In this document: one piece after another, positions 16,955 through 27,204 of the stretch
Layout of the letters: each line of letters begins with the position of its first letter
Position numbering within the stretch: the stretch's first letter is position 1
IMG/VR virus record: IMGVR_UViG_3300033073_001572
Location: 1-64,000 of that record
Length of the DNA stretch: 64,000 bases
Reading direction: 5' to 3' (one strand)
DNA from: a virus
Lineage: Duplodnaviria > Caudoviricetes
The notes under the pieces: generated by a model
Told to the model about the DNA's origin: nothing
The model's input: the letters and a program-made list of their open reading frames with translations, nothing else
Databases searched by the model: none
Made by a program: the position numbers and the translations under genes

Positions 16955-19912
16955 TTAAACTGCTGACGAAGCATTAACTACGAAATCGACTGAGATGAAT
17001 TCTGCAGTTCTAACAGGCTGCAGCCAGATCTTGCCACGAATCGTGTTATTGTCAATGTCTGCTTGTGTCGTTGTTGATGTGTCTATTGCGACTTTGTATC
17101 TTGTGACGCCTGACCTGTTCTGGACATCCTGAAGGATTGGGTTAACCAGTGCATTGAATCTTGCAAGTGTTGCCTGTGTGTTGGGCTCGAAAAGGAGAGT
17201 ATTTGCAACTGCACGAACTCTTCTTCTCACATCGATGAGAAGTCTACGAACATTGACTCTATCAAGAGAAGATGCTGTTCTAAGAAGTGTCTTTTGACCC
17301 CACAATACAGTCTGACCTGTGCTTGACAGCTGGACGATGGGATTAATGTCTGCATCATAGATGGTGCCAAGTGTCGTAGAATTCTCTGAGAGTGGGACGC
17401 TTAGGCCGCCGGCAACAGCTGGTATTGTGCCGCGGGTTACACCAGCAGGTGCATACCAGGGTGCAAATGTATCATTAAGGGCATATGATGCCAATGCTGC
17501 TGCTGAAGGTGGAACCTGAACTGTGTCTCTAGAGCCAGGAAGTGAAATTGTTACGTCAGGGAAGTATGCCGCTGCAAATGATGTATTAAGACCCCTAGAC
17601 CTGAAATCTGTAACGGTATTCATAACGGAAACTGTCTGTGCCGAGGACGTGACGTACGTATTGAGTTCAGACCTCTGCTCAATGTCCATCAAATAGAGCG
17701 CATCAAACCTATTTTCAACTGCTGAGATTGCATAGTTTGTAATGGCTGGAACTCTGATTCCTGGGATTGTCAAGAGCTGAATATTGACATCAGCTGTGCT
17801 ACCCATAATGTCGATTGCCTTCTTGTATGCTGCGACTGTTGGGCCATTTATCCCACCCTGATTTGCTGGGTCGTCGATTTCTCTCTTTGCAGCGAGGTCA
17901 GTAAGGTTTGCCTTCTCTGCATTAAAGATATTTGTTCCATCAAACCCGCCCTGGAGGAAGAATGTAAAGTAAACATTCTGTCTATTGGCACTGAATGTGT
18001 CCTTGAGATCTTCAACAGTGAGCGCACGTGTCTTATTCGTGTCGTCTGCAACAATATTACCCTGTCTAATATATGATGCCGAGGGCCAAAGAATCGACTC
18101 GGGTGCCTGGTCGCCGTACGCACCCGTTACGACCTGGATGTTTTCAATTGTGAACAAGTTATTGCAGAATGAATCTGCTTCTGGGCTATTGTCAATGAAG
18201 AACTTCTTACCTGTAAGATCGTATGATGGGAAGAATCTAATGAAGCTCTCAATTCCTGCGTTGACAGGCGCTGTTGTGTTAGGCTCTGTCAGAGAAGTCG
18301 TTGACTCGAATTTTGTTCCCCATGTAAGGTCAGGGTTGACCGTAGCATTTGGAGATGCACCAACTGCAATCGTGCTTCTCATTGGAACGGGTGGGATCGA
18401 AGCCTGCGTCAGGATATCTTCTTCACCTGCGAGAATTTGGGTTGTTGATGCCGTAAATGTTGTCAATTCACTTCCAGCTGTCTGGATAAATCCATAACCG
18501 CGGTATCCAGCAGGAATTGCATCAAGAGGAACATTGCCAGCAAGGAAGTCTTCAGAAAGCTCTACTCTGATGAACTCGTTCGTTACTGGATAGTCGCCTT
18601 GAACAACAATCTTTTGACTGCCAGCGCCTCTATCAAAATCAAAATAGATGCTTTGGTCACCGATGACAGCCGCAATGTAGTTTAGAGAGTTTGGATCAAA
18701 TGTCAGACCTGGGAAAACTTTTAGAGGATTTCCACCTTCATCAAGATGATTAGCTCTTCTAACTTCAAGATCGAATGTTGCGTAAGCATTTGCATCATCA
18801 GCGGGCTTTATGTTGCCAATGGTGATCTTATAATTCTTGCTTAGGTCAGGTGAAGAATTAGAAGTTGAAAGTGCACCATCAGAAATAGCATGCACTCTAA
18901 AGAGATCATATTTTGTCCCGCCGTAATCCTGCGAAACAACGTAAGGTGAAACGGGATGTGTGTATCTCTCGCGGAATTGCTCGTAATTGGGTGTCGTTGC
19001 TGACGACGTATTTCTACCAATTGATGCCGAAGTAATGAATACTGCATCTTGCTTTGTTACATCACCATCTGATGTTGGATTTGCAAGAATTTGTGATCCA
19101 GTGATCGTTGCAACAACGTCTGGGACGTCATACCATGTGTAGAGGTAGTGACCTGCCTGCTGAAACTTCCTAGGATCTCTATTGAGTGTATTGGCAAAGA
19201 AAGATTGAGAAACGCTGCTAAGAGATGCTGTTAGAACATTTGGATATTGTGCAGTTCCAATGTGACCATTCAACAAGAGGACGAAAGAGCTGTCAGCAAA
19301 TGTAATCGATCCTGAAACTGCGCCGCCGTCTGTTGCAACAGAATCAGGTGCATTTGAGGAATTAGAGTTACCGGAAAGCGTTAATGACACGCCTGAGGGT
19401 GTCATAACAACGCCACGAATGATTGGAAGTGCTTTCTCAGAGTCTTGGAGACCCGCTGATGAGAAGTAAGTTGATCCTGCAGACTCAGACATGTAGCAGC
19501 CTAAGAAATATGTCCTTCCAAGCACGCCACCTGAATTTGCGTATGGATTTGCTCCTACAATTCCGCTATCAAGAACCTGCTGTTCACCTACAACGAAACC
19601 TGCATTTGTAACAGCACCCGTTGAAAGTGATCTGCGATTTCCATCACCAACGCCTAAAACGCGAAGATATGTTGCATTTCCGTTGAGTGAACTATTAAGC
19701 CAGAGATTTACTGCTATTGGCCCAAATCTTGTGCCAGAATCTCCAAACTGGCTTGCGAACTGTCCAACTGAGCTATATGTTAGTGGTATAAATGCTGGAC
19801 CTGCCTCGGCAGTTCCAACAACACCTGCAGGAACGCCCGTAGCAACTCTAGCGGGTGCTGCTGATCTGTCGATCTCAGTTATCGTAACGCCTGGATAAGG
19901 TAGTGATGGCAT
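16955..19912 (-). CDS. gp18: Tail sheath protein, copy 2
   Basis: N-terminal YPGVTITEID...GPAFIP; C-terminal PWYAPAGVTRG, DINPIV, WGQKTL, LDRVNVRRLL, FEPN and EFISVDF sheath motifs. Confidence 0.93.
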   Translation of the reverse strand: MPSLPYPGVTITEIDRSAAPARVATGVPAGVVGTAEAGPAFIPLTYSSVGQFASQFGDSGTRFGPIAVNLWLNSSLNGNATYLRVLGVGDGNRRSLSTGAVTNAGFVVGEQQVLDSGIVGANPYANSGGVLGRTYFLGCYMSESAGSTYFSSAGLQDSEKALPIIRGVVMTPSGVSLTLSGNSNSSNAPDSVATDGGAVSGSITFADSSFVLLLNGHIGTAQYPNVLTASLSSVSQSFFANTLNRDPRKFQQAGHYLYTWYDVPDVVATITGSQILANPTSDGDVTKQDAVFITSASIGRNTSSATTPNYEQFRERYTHPVSPYVVSQDYGGTKYDLFRVHAISDGALSTSNSSPDLSKNYKITIGNIKPADDANAYATFDLEVRRANHLDEGGNPLKVFPGLTFDPNSLNYIAAVIGDQSIYFDFDRGAGSQKIVVQGDYPVTNEFIRVELSEDFLAGNVPLDAIPAGYRGYGFIQTAGSELTTFTASTTQILAGEEDILTQASIPPVPMRSTIAVGASPNATVNPDLTWGTKFESTTSLTEPNTTAPVNAGIESFIRFFPSYDLTGKKFFIDNSPEADSFCNNLFTIENIQVVTGAYGDQAPESILWPSASYIRQGNIVADDTNKTRALTVEDLKDTFSANRQNVYFTFFLQGGFDGTNIFNAEKANLTDLAAKREIDDPANQGGINGPTVAAYKKAIDIMGSTADVNIQLLTIPGIRVPAITNYAISAVENRFDALYLMDIEQRSELNTYVTSSAQTVSVMNTVTDFRSRGLNTSFAAAYFPDVTISLPGSRDTVQVPPSAAALASYALNDTFAPWYAPAGVTRGTIPAVAGGLSVPLSENSTTLGTIYDADINPIVQLSSTGQTVLWGQKTLLRTASSLDRVNVRRLLIDVRRRVRAVANTLLFEPNTQATLARFNALVNPILQDVQNRSGVTRYKVAIDTSTTTQADIDNNTIRGKIWLQPVRTAEFISVDFVVNASSAV

Positions 19913-19931
19913 TCTTAAATCCTCTTTAAAC

Positions 19932-19938
19932 TAAATAT
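19932..19938 (-). promoter_or_regulatory. ATANTTA motif (ATATTTA) before sheath copy 2
   Basis: Followed by a GAGGA SD and the ATG at 19912. Confidence 0.6.
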
Positions 19939-22900
19939 CAAACAAACTCGACACCCGCATTCGTGATGATAAAGTCAATTGAAATATACTCAACTGCCTT
20001 TGTTGGAACGATAATAATTGTTCCATTCAAACGATTTGCTTCGATGTCTTGCGACGTATTGTTAGACTCATTCATTATGATTCTAAAGCTGTCAATTCCA
20101 CTTTGCGACTGTATTGTCGAAAAGTAAGGTGTAAGCAGGCTAACAAAACGTGTCCTTGTTCCAGGAGTGTTAGGTTCAAAGACGAACTGTAGACCAATTG
20201 CTGTAACTGCTCTTGCAAGTTCAATTAGCAACCTTCTAACATTGACACGATCAAGTGCTGTTTTAGCAACCTGGAGAGTCTTTTGGCCGAAAATTACATA
20301 ACCAAGACCTGGGAATGACGTGATCGGATTGATTCTTGCATCATATAAAGAATCTCTATCTGCGCTTGATAGTCTAACTGCAAGATTAACTACACTTGCA
20401 AGTGCTGCTCGATTGAATCCGGCAGGTGCATACCATGGATAAGTCTTTGAGTCATTCTGCGCAAGAGCGCCAAGAGCAATTATTGATGCTGGAACTCTAA
20501 CACGCTTATTACCAGGTGACGAATTGTCTGTTATTGAACCATCTGGGAAGTAAGTTGCAACATAATTGTTATTGATGGATCTTGAAGCAAACTCTCTAAT
20601 CGTGTAGTTGACATCTGGAAGTTCGTTACCAAAAATTCTGTCACCGACATCAGTGTAAGCTGGAATATCCATCAAGTAGATTGCTCTTGCGTAGTTTCTT
20701 ACGGCAGCTGACGTGTATTCTGCAATGTCAGGTGATCTGATTCCGGGAATTGTAACAATATTCACTCTTGAAACTGCGCTATTTGTAATAATGTCTGCGG
20801 CGGAGCGATATGCACTGACTAGCGCATTATTCTGTCCTGATGTGAAGTTGTTTGCCGCAATGTTCAGTCCAATGTCAGGAGCGTCGATAGCTTTTCCACC
20901 GAATGCCGATGATGTTGCTCTGTCATTCATTTTACGCATGTCTGTGTCAAGTGCGTTTAGACCATCAAATCCACCGTAGAACATGTTGGTGAACTTGATA
21001 TAAGGTGAGAACCTATTGAATGCGAAGGCATCGGGTGTCGAGGCAAGTGATGCTAATGTCAATCTACCTGAGATTGACCCATCTGTGATGGTCCCATCAA
21101 CTGGGTCAGGTGTTGCATTTCTGACGTATATCGCATTAACCATATGCTGGTCAAGTGTCCCTGTCAGATTATTGTTTATTGCTGTTGCCACCGAACCGGT
21201 GCCCTTTGAATTGTAAAGTGCAACATTTGCAAGGCTAAACTTGTCATTACAGACGCTATCTGCTGCTGAACCGGTTAGTAGAACGTCAAGCTTTTGAATT
21301 CCTGAGAATCTTGCAAATGATTCGACTAGCGGGTTTAAAGCATTTTCTGTGATGTAGTTAGACTGAAGTGTTGCTGATGAAACGTCATTTATTGATGGGA
21401 ATTTCTCAAACTTAATTCCCCAGTAGAGGTTTGCGTTAGCTGTCTCTTGGGTTCCTGCTTCACCTTGAAATGCGGGTGTCGAATCAGTTGAACCAATTGT
21501 GACCTTATAGCGCATGGGAACAGGCGGTGCAATTGAACCAGTTAGCAGTTCTGAACCTACTGGAAGCAGGCCTGCTAGTCTTCTGCTAAGTGTAGAGTCG
21601 TCATGATCTGTAAGACCATCTGTAAACTTAAGCGTAGGAAGACCCCTGAAACCGAATGGCAGGGCTGTGACTGGGACTGTCTTGTTTTGGACACCCTCTG
21701 CCATAATGACTCTTACGCGGGTCGAATTATTTGGATACTTTCCTGATGAGACAAAGTTGCGATCAAGAGGGTTGACTGCATCAAAATTAAAATAGACCTT
21801 CTTGTCACCAATCTTTCTTGCAATGTAGTTCTGGTCGTCTGGGTTTAATGTGCAATTGACAAACTGCTCATAAATGACTGGACTAAAATCTGTATCGTAG
21901 AAATCTCTAACGATGACATCGAATGTGCCATATTGATTATTGATGTCAAGTGATCTACGAATATTTGAAATTGAAATCTTAAACTGTGTATTAGCAGCTG
22001 TTCCGTCACCAAGCGTCTCAAAGTGAAAGAGGTCATATTCATTTGAACCGTATGGTTGCGAAATAAACGATGTTGTCCTTGCTGGTGAGAATCTTGCATC
22101 AAATCGACCAAATGCATCAGCAAATGTTTGTGTTGCATCACCTGATGAATCTGATGTTGCTGCAGATCCCGAAAGGATTGCAACACTACCTGCCGTTGTT
22201 GCAACTGATGCGATTTCATTCTCAACTGCGAAGTCAAGGTAGAGTAGGTGCTGCTTCTCTTCAAAGAGGTCAGGTGACGTATTAAGAACTTTGGAGATGT
22301 ATGACGGACTTGCAGGATTTAGTGATGCTGTAAAGACCTTGACTGAATCGTAGCCATCTACTGATCCGTAGGATGATGCAGATGACGAGATGACTAGCTT
22401 GAATGTCTGGTATGTCGCTGATGTAGTCACTGGGTCGATAGAAGCAGCGTCATCTGCAACATTGACTGGTGAATAGTCCTGGTTGTAGCTAAGAACCATG
22501 CCTCGGGTTCCCGTTGGGAATAGAAGGACGCCCCTAACCAGATTAGCTGTTCCCCCGCCGCCTGCTGCTACATCGAAGCTGTCGTTATCAACAAAGATCG
22601 GATATGATGCATCAACATCTGATGAAACATTATGTGAAGCAACAAGAAATTGTGTTGCACCGACTAGGCGACCATCATCAGCTGGCGTGCCCTTGATAAC
22701 AAATCCTGCACCCTTTGCAGTCCCCTGAGTTTGTGTCTGCTGGATGTCGCCTGCTGTCCTATTTGCGCCGACGCCTAATGTCCTGACAAATGTCAGAGCA
22801 TTTCCATATCTAAAAAATTCTTGTGCTGCAAAGTATGAATTATTTCTTTCTTCTGATGTTCCAAAGAATCGATCTTTGAACTCATTCACAGATGTCACAG

Positions 22901-23039
22901 TAACAGGAACAAATGCAGGACCGATAGGCGTTGGTCCGATCACACCTGCTGGTGTGGCAGTCACGTTTCCAGGTGTCACAATCGATAAATCAATTTCACT
23001 TTCAAAGAACCCGGGAGCGCGATAAGTTATCTCTGCCAT
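19938..23039 (-). CDS. gp18: Tail sheath protein, copy 1
   Basis: N-terminal APGFFESEID...GPAFVPVTV; C-terminal PWYAPAGFNRA, RINPI, FGQKTL, LDRVNVRRLL, FEPN and EYISIDF motifs. Confidence 0.93.
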   Translation of the reverse strand: MAEITYRAPGFFESEIDLSIVTPGNVTATPAGVIGPTPIGPAFVPVTVTSVNEFKDRFFGTSEERNNSYFAAQEFFRYGNALTFVRTLGVGANRTAGDIQQTQTQGTAKGAGFVIKGTPADDGRLVGATQFLVASHNVSSDVDASYPIFVDNDSFDVAAGGGGTANLVRGVLLFPTGTRGMVLSYNQDYSPVNVADDAASIDPVTTSATYQTFKLVISSSASSYGSVDGYDSVKVFTASLNPASPSYISKVLNTSPDLFEEKQHLLYLDFAVENEIASVATTAGSVAILSGSAATSDSSGDATQTFADAFGRFDARFSPARTTSFISQPYGSNEYDLFHFETLGDGTAANTQFKISISNIRRSLDINNQYGTFDVIVRDFYDTDFSPVIYEQFVNCTLNPDDQNYIARKIGDKKVYFNFDAVNPLDRNFVSSGKYPNNSTRVRVIMAEGVQNKTVPVTALPFGFRGLPTLKFTDGLTDHDDSTLSRRLAGLLPVGSELLTGSIAPPVPMRYKVTIGSTDSTPAFQGEAGTQETANANLYWGIKFEKFPSINDVSSATLQSNYITENALNPLVESFARFSGIQKLDVLLTGSAADSVCNDKFSLANVALYNSKGTGSVATAINNNLTGTLDQHMVNAIYVRNATPDPVDGTITDGSISGRLTLASLASTPDAFAFNRFSPYIKFTNMFYGGFDGLNALDTDMRKMNDRATSSAFGGKAIDAPDIGLNIAANNFTSGQNNALVSAYRSAADIITNSAVSRVNIVTIPGIRSPDIAEYTSAAVRNYARAIYLMDIPAYTDVGDRIFGNELPDVNYTIREFASRSINNNYVATYFPDGSITDNSSPGNKRVRVPASIIALGALAQNDSKTYPWYAPAGFNRAALASVVNLAVRLSSADRDSLYDARINPITSFPGLGYVIFGQKTLQVAKTALDRVNVRRLLIELARAVTAIGLQFVFEPNTPGTRTRFVSLLTPYFSTIQSQSGIDSFRIIMNESNNTSQDIEANRLNGTIIIVPTKAVEYISIDFIITNAGVEFV

Positions 23040-23064
23040 TTTTTCTCCACTTACACTTTGGTTA

Positions 23065-23071
23065 TAAGTAT
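23065..23071 (-). promoter_or_regulatory. ATANTTA motif (ATACTTA) before sheath copy 1
   Basis: Followed by a GGAG SD and the ATG at 23039. Confidence 0.6.
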
Positions 23072-23091
23072 CCCATCAGCCTGAAGAAATC

Positions 23092-24282
23092 TTAAATCTT
23101 AACAATCTCAGTCAAGGTAGATTTTCTAGCTGGAACAACCTGCTCACCCGACCTTATATCTCTATATATAATCTTTTCGTATTTGTTGTTGCCTTGGTTG
23201 CCTACAAAAGCCTTGACATTTTCATCCTCACCACGCACTGTGTGCGGGATCCCATTTTCAGTCAAATGAGTTGTGTCTGTCAGGATGAATCTATTGATTT
23301 TTGCATCTGCATGCTGGTTTAGAGGTTCTTCGGCAATCTGTGTTCTAGCATCATAGATTCCAAATATAACTTCAGGTGCTGACTGGAATTTCCTAAAAGG
23401 TGATCCCAGGCCTGGGTGTTTGGGGGCGAGAAGATACGCGGGAACTTTTATGTCAAAGCTATATTTGATGATTCTTTCATCATTTGTATAATCATCAAAG
23501 TTGTCATTATTAGAAAACGGACCTTGGACAAATGCTGTAAACGTATATCCTTTCTTGGTCGTAATTTGAAATTCATGTCCTTGTCCATCAAACTTGAACA
23601 TCATCGTTTCAAGTAACTGGTTCATCTGTTGGACATATTGTGTCCAAAAGACAACGTTATACGTCATACCAACGAATTGCGGATAGGGAATCGTGATAAT
23701 TTCAAAGATATTTTTACCTAAGTCACCCTGGAGCGTCGTTCCAAGCTTGCCTGGTCCGTATGCAATTCCTGGACCATTTCGGCGGGATGCCTGGGTTCCT
23801 GGTACTGCACCGTCTCCAGGAGATGTATTATTTTCAATAAAGTGCGATCTTGCTGTGACGTTATCCTGGTTCTTTAACGACATCTTATTGACGATATTTT
23901 GATAATCTCTGTCTGCCGTGTCAAGACGTTTTCTGATGACATAGTCAGCAGGTTGTCTGAATGATATTGCAGTTCCGCCAACTTCGGATTCAGTTTTGTG
24001 ACCGATGCTTGTCCGCTTAATGGCAATTAGAGGAAGAATCAAAGCATTATTTTTGTCTCTAATTGGTTTCTGGCGTTTCACAAGCGCAAATCTTTCACCT
24101 GCAGAAAATACGACAGGAACCTTAGTTGTCTGTTCATTGACCTTTACTTCAAATGCAAGTTTCTTGTCAAAAAGCTCAAACAAAGCCCTGTCAATATCTT
24201 CAATGCCACACGAAGGTATACTAAAGTCATCTGGGACGTTATAACCCTCATAACCTTTCTTGAGCTTTTCTTGTTTGGGCAT
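23092..24282 (-). CDS. Tail completion / sheath stabiliser (gp15-like)
   Basis: IEDIDRALF, KVPVVFSAGERF, ILPLIAI, EIITIPYP, YNVVFWT and ERIIKYSFDIKVPAY; lies between the neck and sheath genes. Confidence 0.7.
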   Translation of the reverse strand: MPKQEKLKKGYEGYNVPDDFSIPSCGIEDIDRALFELFDKKLAFEVKVNEQTTKVPVVFSAGERFALVKRQKPIRDKNNALILPLIAIKRTSIGHKTESEVGGTAISFRQPADYVIRKRLDTADRDYQNIVNKMSLKNQDNVTARSHFIENNTSPGDGAVPGTQASRRNGPGIAYGPGKLGTTLQGDLGKNIFEIITIPYPQFVGMTYNVVFWTQYVQQMNQLLETMMFKFDGQGHEFQITTKKGYTFTAFVQGPFSNNDNFDDYTNDERIIKYSFDIKVPAYLLAPKHPGLGSPFRKFQSAPEVIFGIYDARTQIAEEPLNQHADAKINRFILTDTTHLTENGIPHTVRGEDENVKAFVGNQGNNKYEKIIYRDIRSGEQVVPARKSTLTEIVKI

Positions 24283-24287
24283 TTTAA

Positions 24288-24953
24288 TTAACTCTCATCG
24301 TAGAATGAAGATCCTGCGCCTGTAGTATCGCCCGCAGGAGAAACCTCCGCCGGACCCGTAAGCGGCGCATCAAGAACACCATTCTTTTGAAGATCTCTAA
24401 CGTCTGCTGTCTCACCAAGACGATTCTCAGCAAAGCCTCTTTGCTGGACGTATGTTGTTTGAACAGCATCAGCATCGGTGTATTCTTCGCCCTTAGGACC
24501 AAAGACTTTCGAAAGGAATTGACCTTTTCTTGCCTGTTTTCCTGTAAGAGTATAGTATGTCTTGTGTTCAATTTGTCCGAAAATAACGTCGGTCCTAGGT
24601 GACTTAATTACTTCAAAGAATGTTGTTCCGTAGCTGAAGAAATCACCTTCATGAACTTCTATGCCTTTGTCGAGAAGATCTCTAAACTGGATGTAGCATT
24701 CGATAGAGTAGTATTCTTCAGAACCGAACCTGTTAGTCCTAACATCTTGAGGTGAATATTTGACAATTGCATCTATCTCAATAGGCTTTTCAAAGATCTT
24801 CTCTGGCGATTCCTCGTAGACATCATGCACTTGAGATTTAATGTTACTGACTGAGAAGTAGTAAATCTTCTGCCCAATGACATCCTTAACTAACTCTTTT
24901 GTCAGGTCACTAATGAGGTTAATCTCACGCTCTGTTATAAAAAGTCTTCCCAT
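24288..24953 (-). CDS. Neck/head-closure protein (gp14-like)
   Basis: ELVKDVIGQKIYY, DVYEES, FEKPIEIDA, RFG and EGDFFSYG..FFEV; follows the gp13-like gene. Confidence 0.7.
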   Translation of the reverse strand: MGRLFITEREINLISDLTKELVKDVIGQKIYYFSVSNIKSQVHDVYEESPEKIFEKPIEIDAIVKYSPQDVRTNRFGSEEYYSIECYIQFRDLLDKGIEVHEGDFFSYGTTFFEVIKSPRTDVIFGQIEHKTYYTLTGKQARKGQFLSKVFGPKGEEYTDADAVQTTYVQQRGFAENRLGETADVRDLQKNGVLDAPLTGPAEVSPAGDTTGAGSSFYDES

Positions 24954-24956
24954 TCA

Positions 24957-26135
24957 TCACCCCGTTGTTATTGCTCTACCATTGGGAACAGGAATCTTAG
25001 CCAACTGCTTTGTAAGATTCTCAGATCTTGCCGCAGCATTCTCAATAAGCTTGTCATATGTTAGTGTTTCTAACATCTCCTTAAGCTTAGTGACCAATTC
25101 CTTTTTATCTTCTCTACCTTTCGCAACCAAGTCGCCGCCATTTAATGTAACAGTTCCTCCTGGAATTGGAACAGTTGTAAACTTATTACGAATCATTCCA
25201 AGCTGTTCCATGCTCAAAGAAAGTGTATATTGACGTATCCATTGCAATCCCATGCTATTGATCTTTGAGTAAGTTAGATTTCCAAATGGAATATTGCCTA
25301 AGTTATTTACACCATTGATTGTATCATCCTGGAAGCTCGGATCTGTCGGATTTTGCCAAAACTTGACTCTTACAAAGAGTTTAATGGGTTGTGCGTGAAC
25401 TTGTGTAGGCATAGGAAAGATCCTGATCTTAGTTCCTACGACCTTATATGAGTAATTTGAACGTCTAACGCGATTTGAAAGATCAAGTTGCCCTGCCCTT
25501 AGTATGTCTTCAAAAACTGGCAAAACATAGAAAATCGTCTCAGGTGTGAATGATTCAAATGCAAACTCATTATTTAGATAATTGACCGCTGAAGTTGTGT
25601 CAAAGAATCGATAAGCAGCTTGCGGGTTGAAGTGGAACACCTCCATAATGCGCATCTTGGATTTGGGATCTGTATTAAGCGATGATGTGTAAAGGGGTGT
25701 TCCGGTTGAGTCTTTTAGATCTGTGTAAAGATCATAATCTTGCTGTCCTGGCGTAAGATCAATTGATCCTGAGTACATGTTGTATGATCCACCTAAACCT
25801 GCCTCGGATGAATATGCGTCAGCAAATCTTGCAAGATATTCTAGGCTATCTCTTGGATAAAGCGATTCAAGACCGGATTGTGACTGTGTGCTGTAACCAA
25901 GATATGTCAATAGAGTTGACTTGGCCTGGTATTGATTTAGAACATTACCGTATTCTAGGCAAGCTTCTTCTAGGTTTGCCCAAATCTGCTTCTTAGTCAA
26001 TTCAACGCTAAGAATATCGTCACCAAGCTTTCTCTTGACAAAGACAATCATCCTATCGGCATCTGCCTGAAAGGATGTGTCTGCATCAAATATACCGAAC
26101 GGTGTAGGAAACTGTGTTTGAACAAATGTCGACAT
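24957..26135 (-). CDS. Neck/head-tail adaptor protein (gp13-like)
   Basis: VKRKLGDDILSVELTKKQI, LEEACLEY, WIRQYTLSLSMEQLGMIRNKF..VPIPGGTVTLNG. Confidence 0.8.
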   Translation of the reverse strand: MSTFVQTQFPTPFGIFDADTSFQADADRMIVFVKRKLGDDILSVELTKKQIWANLEEACLEYGNVLNQYQAKSTLLTYLGYSTQSQSGLESLYPRDSLEYLARFADAYSSEAGLGGSYNMYSGSIDLTPGQQDYDLYTDLKDSTGTPLYTSSLNTDPKSKMRIMEVFHFNPQAAYRFFDTTSAVNYLNNEFAFESFTPETIFYVLPVFEDILRAGQLDLSNRVRRSNYSYKVVGTKIRIFPMPTQVHAQPIKLFVRVKFWQNPTDPSFQDDTINGVNNLGNIPFGNLTYSKINSMGLQWIRQYTLSLSMEQLGMIRNKFTTVPIPGGTVTLNGGDLVAKGREDKKELVTKLKEMLETLTYDKLIENAAARSENLTKQLAKIPVPNGRAITTG

Positions 26136-26173
26136 GCTGCCACCTAGGCATAAATATCATTCGACATGATGTT

Positions 26174-26356
26174 TTAACCGTTCTTACTTTTAGAGATCTC
26201 AATAGCAGTCAACTGACGCTTAGCTGCTGCTTCTGTATCATGTGTCCCTAGACGTTTCCCGCCTTTCTTGGGATAAACTGCCCATTTTCCATTAGGAAGA
26301 TGAACAATTCTCTCGTTAAGAAACTCGCGAATAAATTTTCTTAAAGCATCTATCAA
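26174..26356 (-). CDS. Small basic hypothetical protein, possibly head-internal
   Basis: 60 aa; N-terminal LRKFIREFLNE followed by a Lys/Arg-rich domain; its start overlaps the upstream stop. Confidence 0.6.
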   Translation of the reverse strand: MIDALRKFIREFLNERIVHLPNGKWAVYPKKGGKRLGTHDTEAAAKRQLTAIEISKSKNG

Positions 26357-26685
26357 CGACGCTTCTTCTTGTTATTGGGTTGATTTTTTGAATTTTGTGG
26401 CTTTGCAGCTGTTGAATGAACTTGCGCAGTTACTTTGACACTAACATCAACAGCAGGAGGTGCATCAACGACATCCTGTGCAACCTCGGCCTCTTCTTCT
26501 ACGACTGTAGGTTCAGATGGGGCTTCTTCCACGTCAAGAGTAGATTGAACTGTATCTGCTGCTTTTGGTGTTGCATCTTGATCAAGAACTTCAGCGTCAT
26601 TGTGAACGACCTGGCTAACTTCGGGTGCAGGTGTTACTTGCTCTTTGGCATGTTGTGCATGATGCTTATGATAGATGATAGCCAT
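26353..26685 (-). CDS. Hypothetical low-complexity acidic protein with a basic tail
   Basis: 110-aa ORF with an SD-like GGAAGG upstream; rich in Ala, Glu, Pro and Val; ends NNKKKRR. Confidence 0.55.
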   Translation of the reverse strand: MAIIYHKHHAQHAKEQVTPAPEVSQVVHNDAEVLDQDATPKAADTVQSTLDVEEAPSEPTVVEEEAEVAQDVVDAPPAVDVSVKVTAQVHSTAAKPQNSKNQPNNKKKRR

Positions 26686-26730
26686 AAAAAATACCTTCCT
26701 ATTAACAGATAATATCTATTATACAGCATA

Positions 26731-26756
26731 AAACCCACCCGGTTAAGGGTGGGTTT
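26731..26756 (-). terminator. Rho-independent terminator
   Basis: 10-bp stem AAACCCACCC/GGGTGGGTTT with a 6-nt loop just after the 142-aa gene. Confidence 0.75.
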
Positions 26757-26775
26757 CAAAAATATCAAATCATGC

Positions 26776-27204
26776 TCAGGAGAAAGCGAGTGAACCGCTC
26801 TGTGCCATGACAGTGAAGTTCTTGCCATCGGAGATGAGCGTGAATGAGTCACCTACAGCGACGCCTGCTGAGAATGCAAGCTTTGCACCGTGGCTAGTTG
26901 CATCGGCGAAAACCTTGGTGCCGGGAACCTCTGCCGATCCTGTGACCCAGTGAGCATAAGCTGTTGCTGCACGGAATACGAAGACACCGCCTGGAACTGC
27001 AGATGCGAGAGGCATTGTAACTGACGAAGCTGAGCCGCCTGCGATGGTGTAGACGCCTGGTGATGTGACAGTTGCGGGTGCAGTGATAGGCTGGACTGGT
27101 GATGTGGGAAGAGCGCTGAGGGCGAGGGCATCGGTGTTGATCTCGAAACCTGTGCCGGTCTCCTGGACGAGACCCTTTGATTCTGTATAAACAACTTTGG
27201 GCAT
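26776..27204 (-). CDS. Probable abundant virion protein (capsid decoration-like)
   Basis: 142 aa, rich in Ala, Gly, Thr and Val with a beta-strand-like pattern; MCP-like GC-rich codon usage; AGGAGG SD; has its own motif and terminator. Confidence 0.5.
   Translation of the reverse strand: MPKVVYTESKGLVQETGTGFEINTDALALSALPTSPVQPITAPATVTSPGVYTIAGGSASSVTMPLASAVPGGVFVFRAATAYAHWVTGSAEVPGTKVFADATSHGAKLAFSAGVAVGDSFTLISDGKNFTVMAQSGSLAFS

Noticed and set aside
6507-26135. Extracellular contractile injection system (suggested by the duplicated sheaths)
   Set aside because: The linked portal, terminase, protease, MCP and replication genes show a genuine phage.
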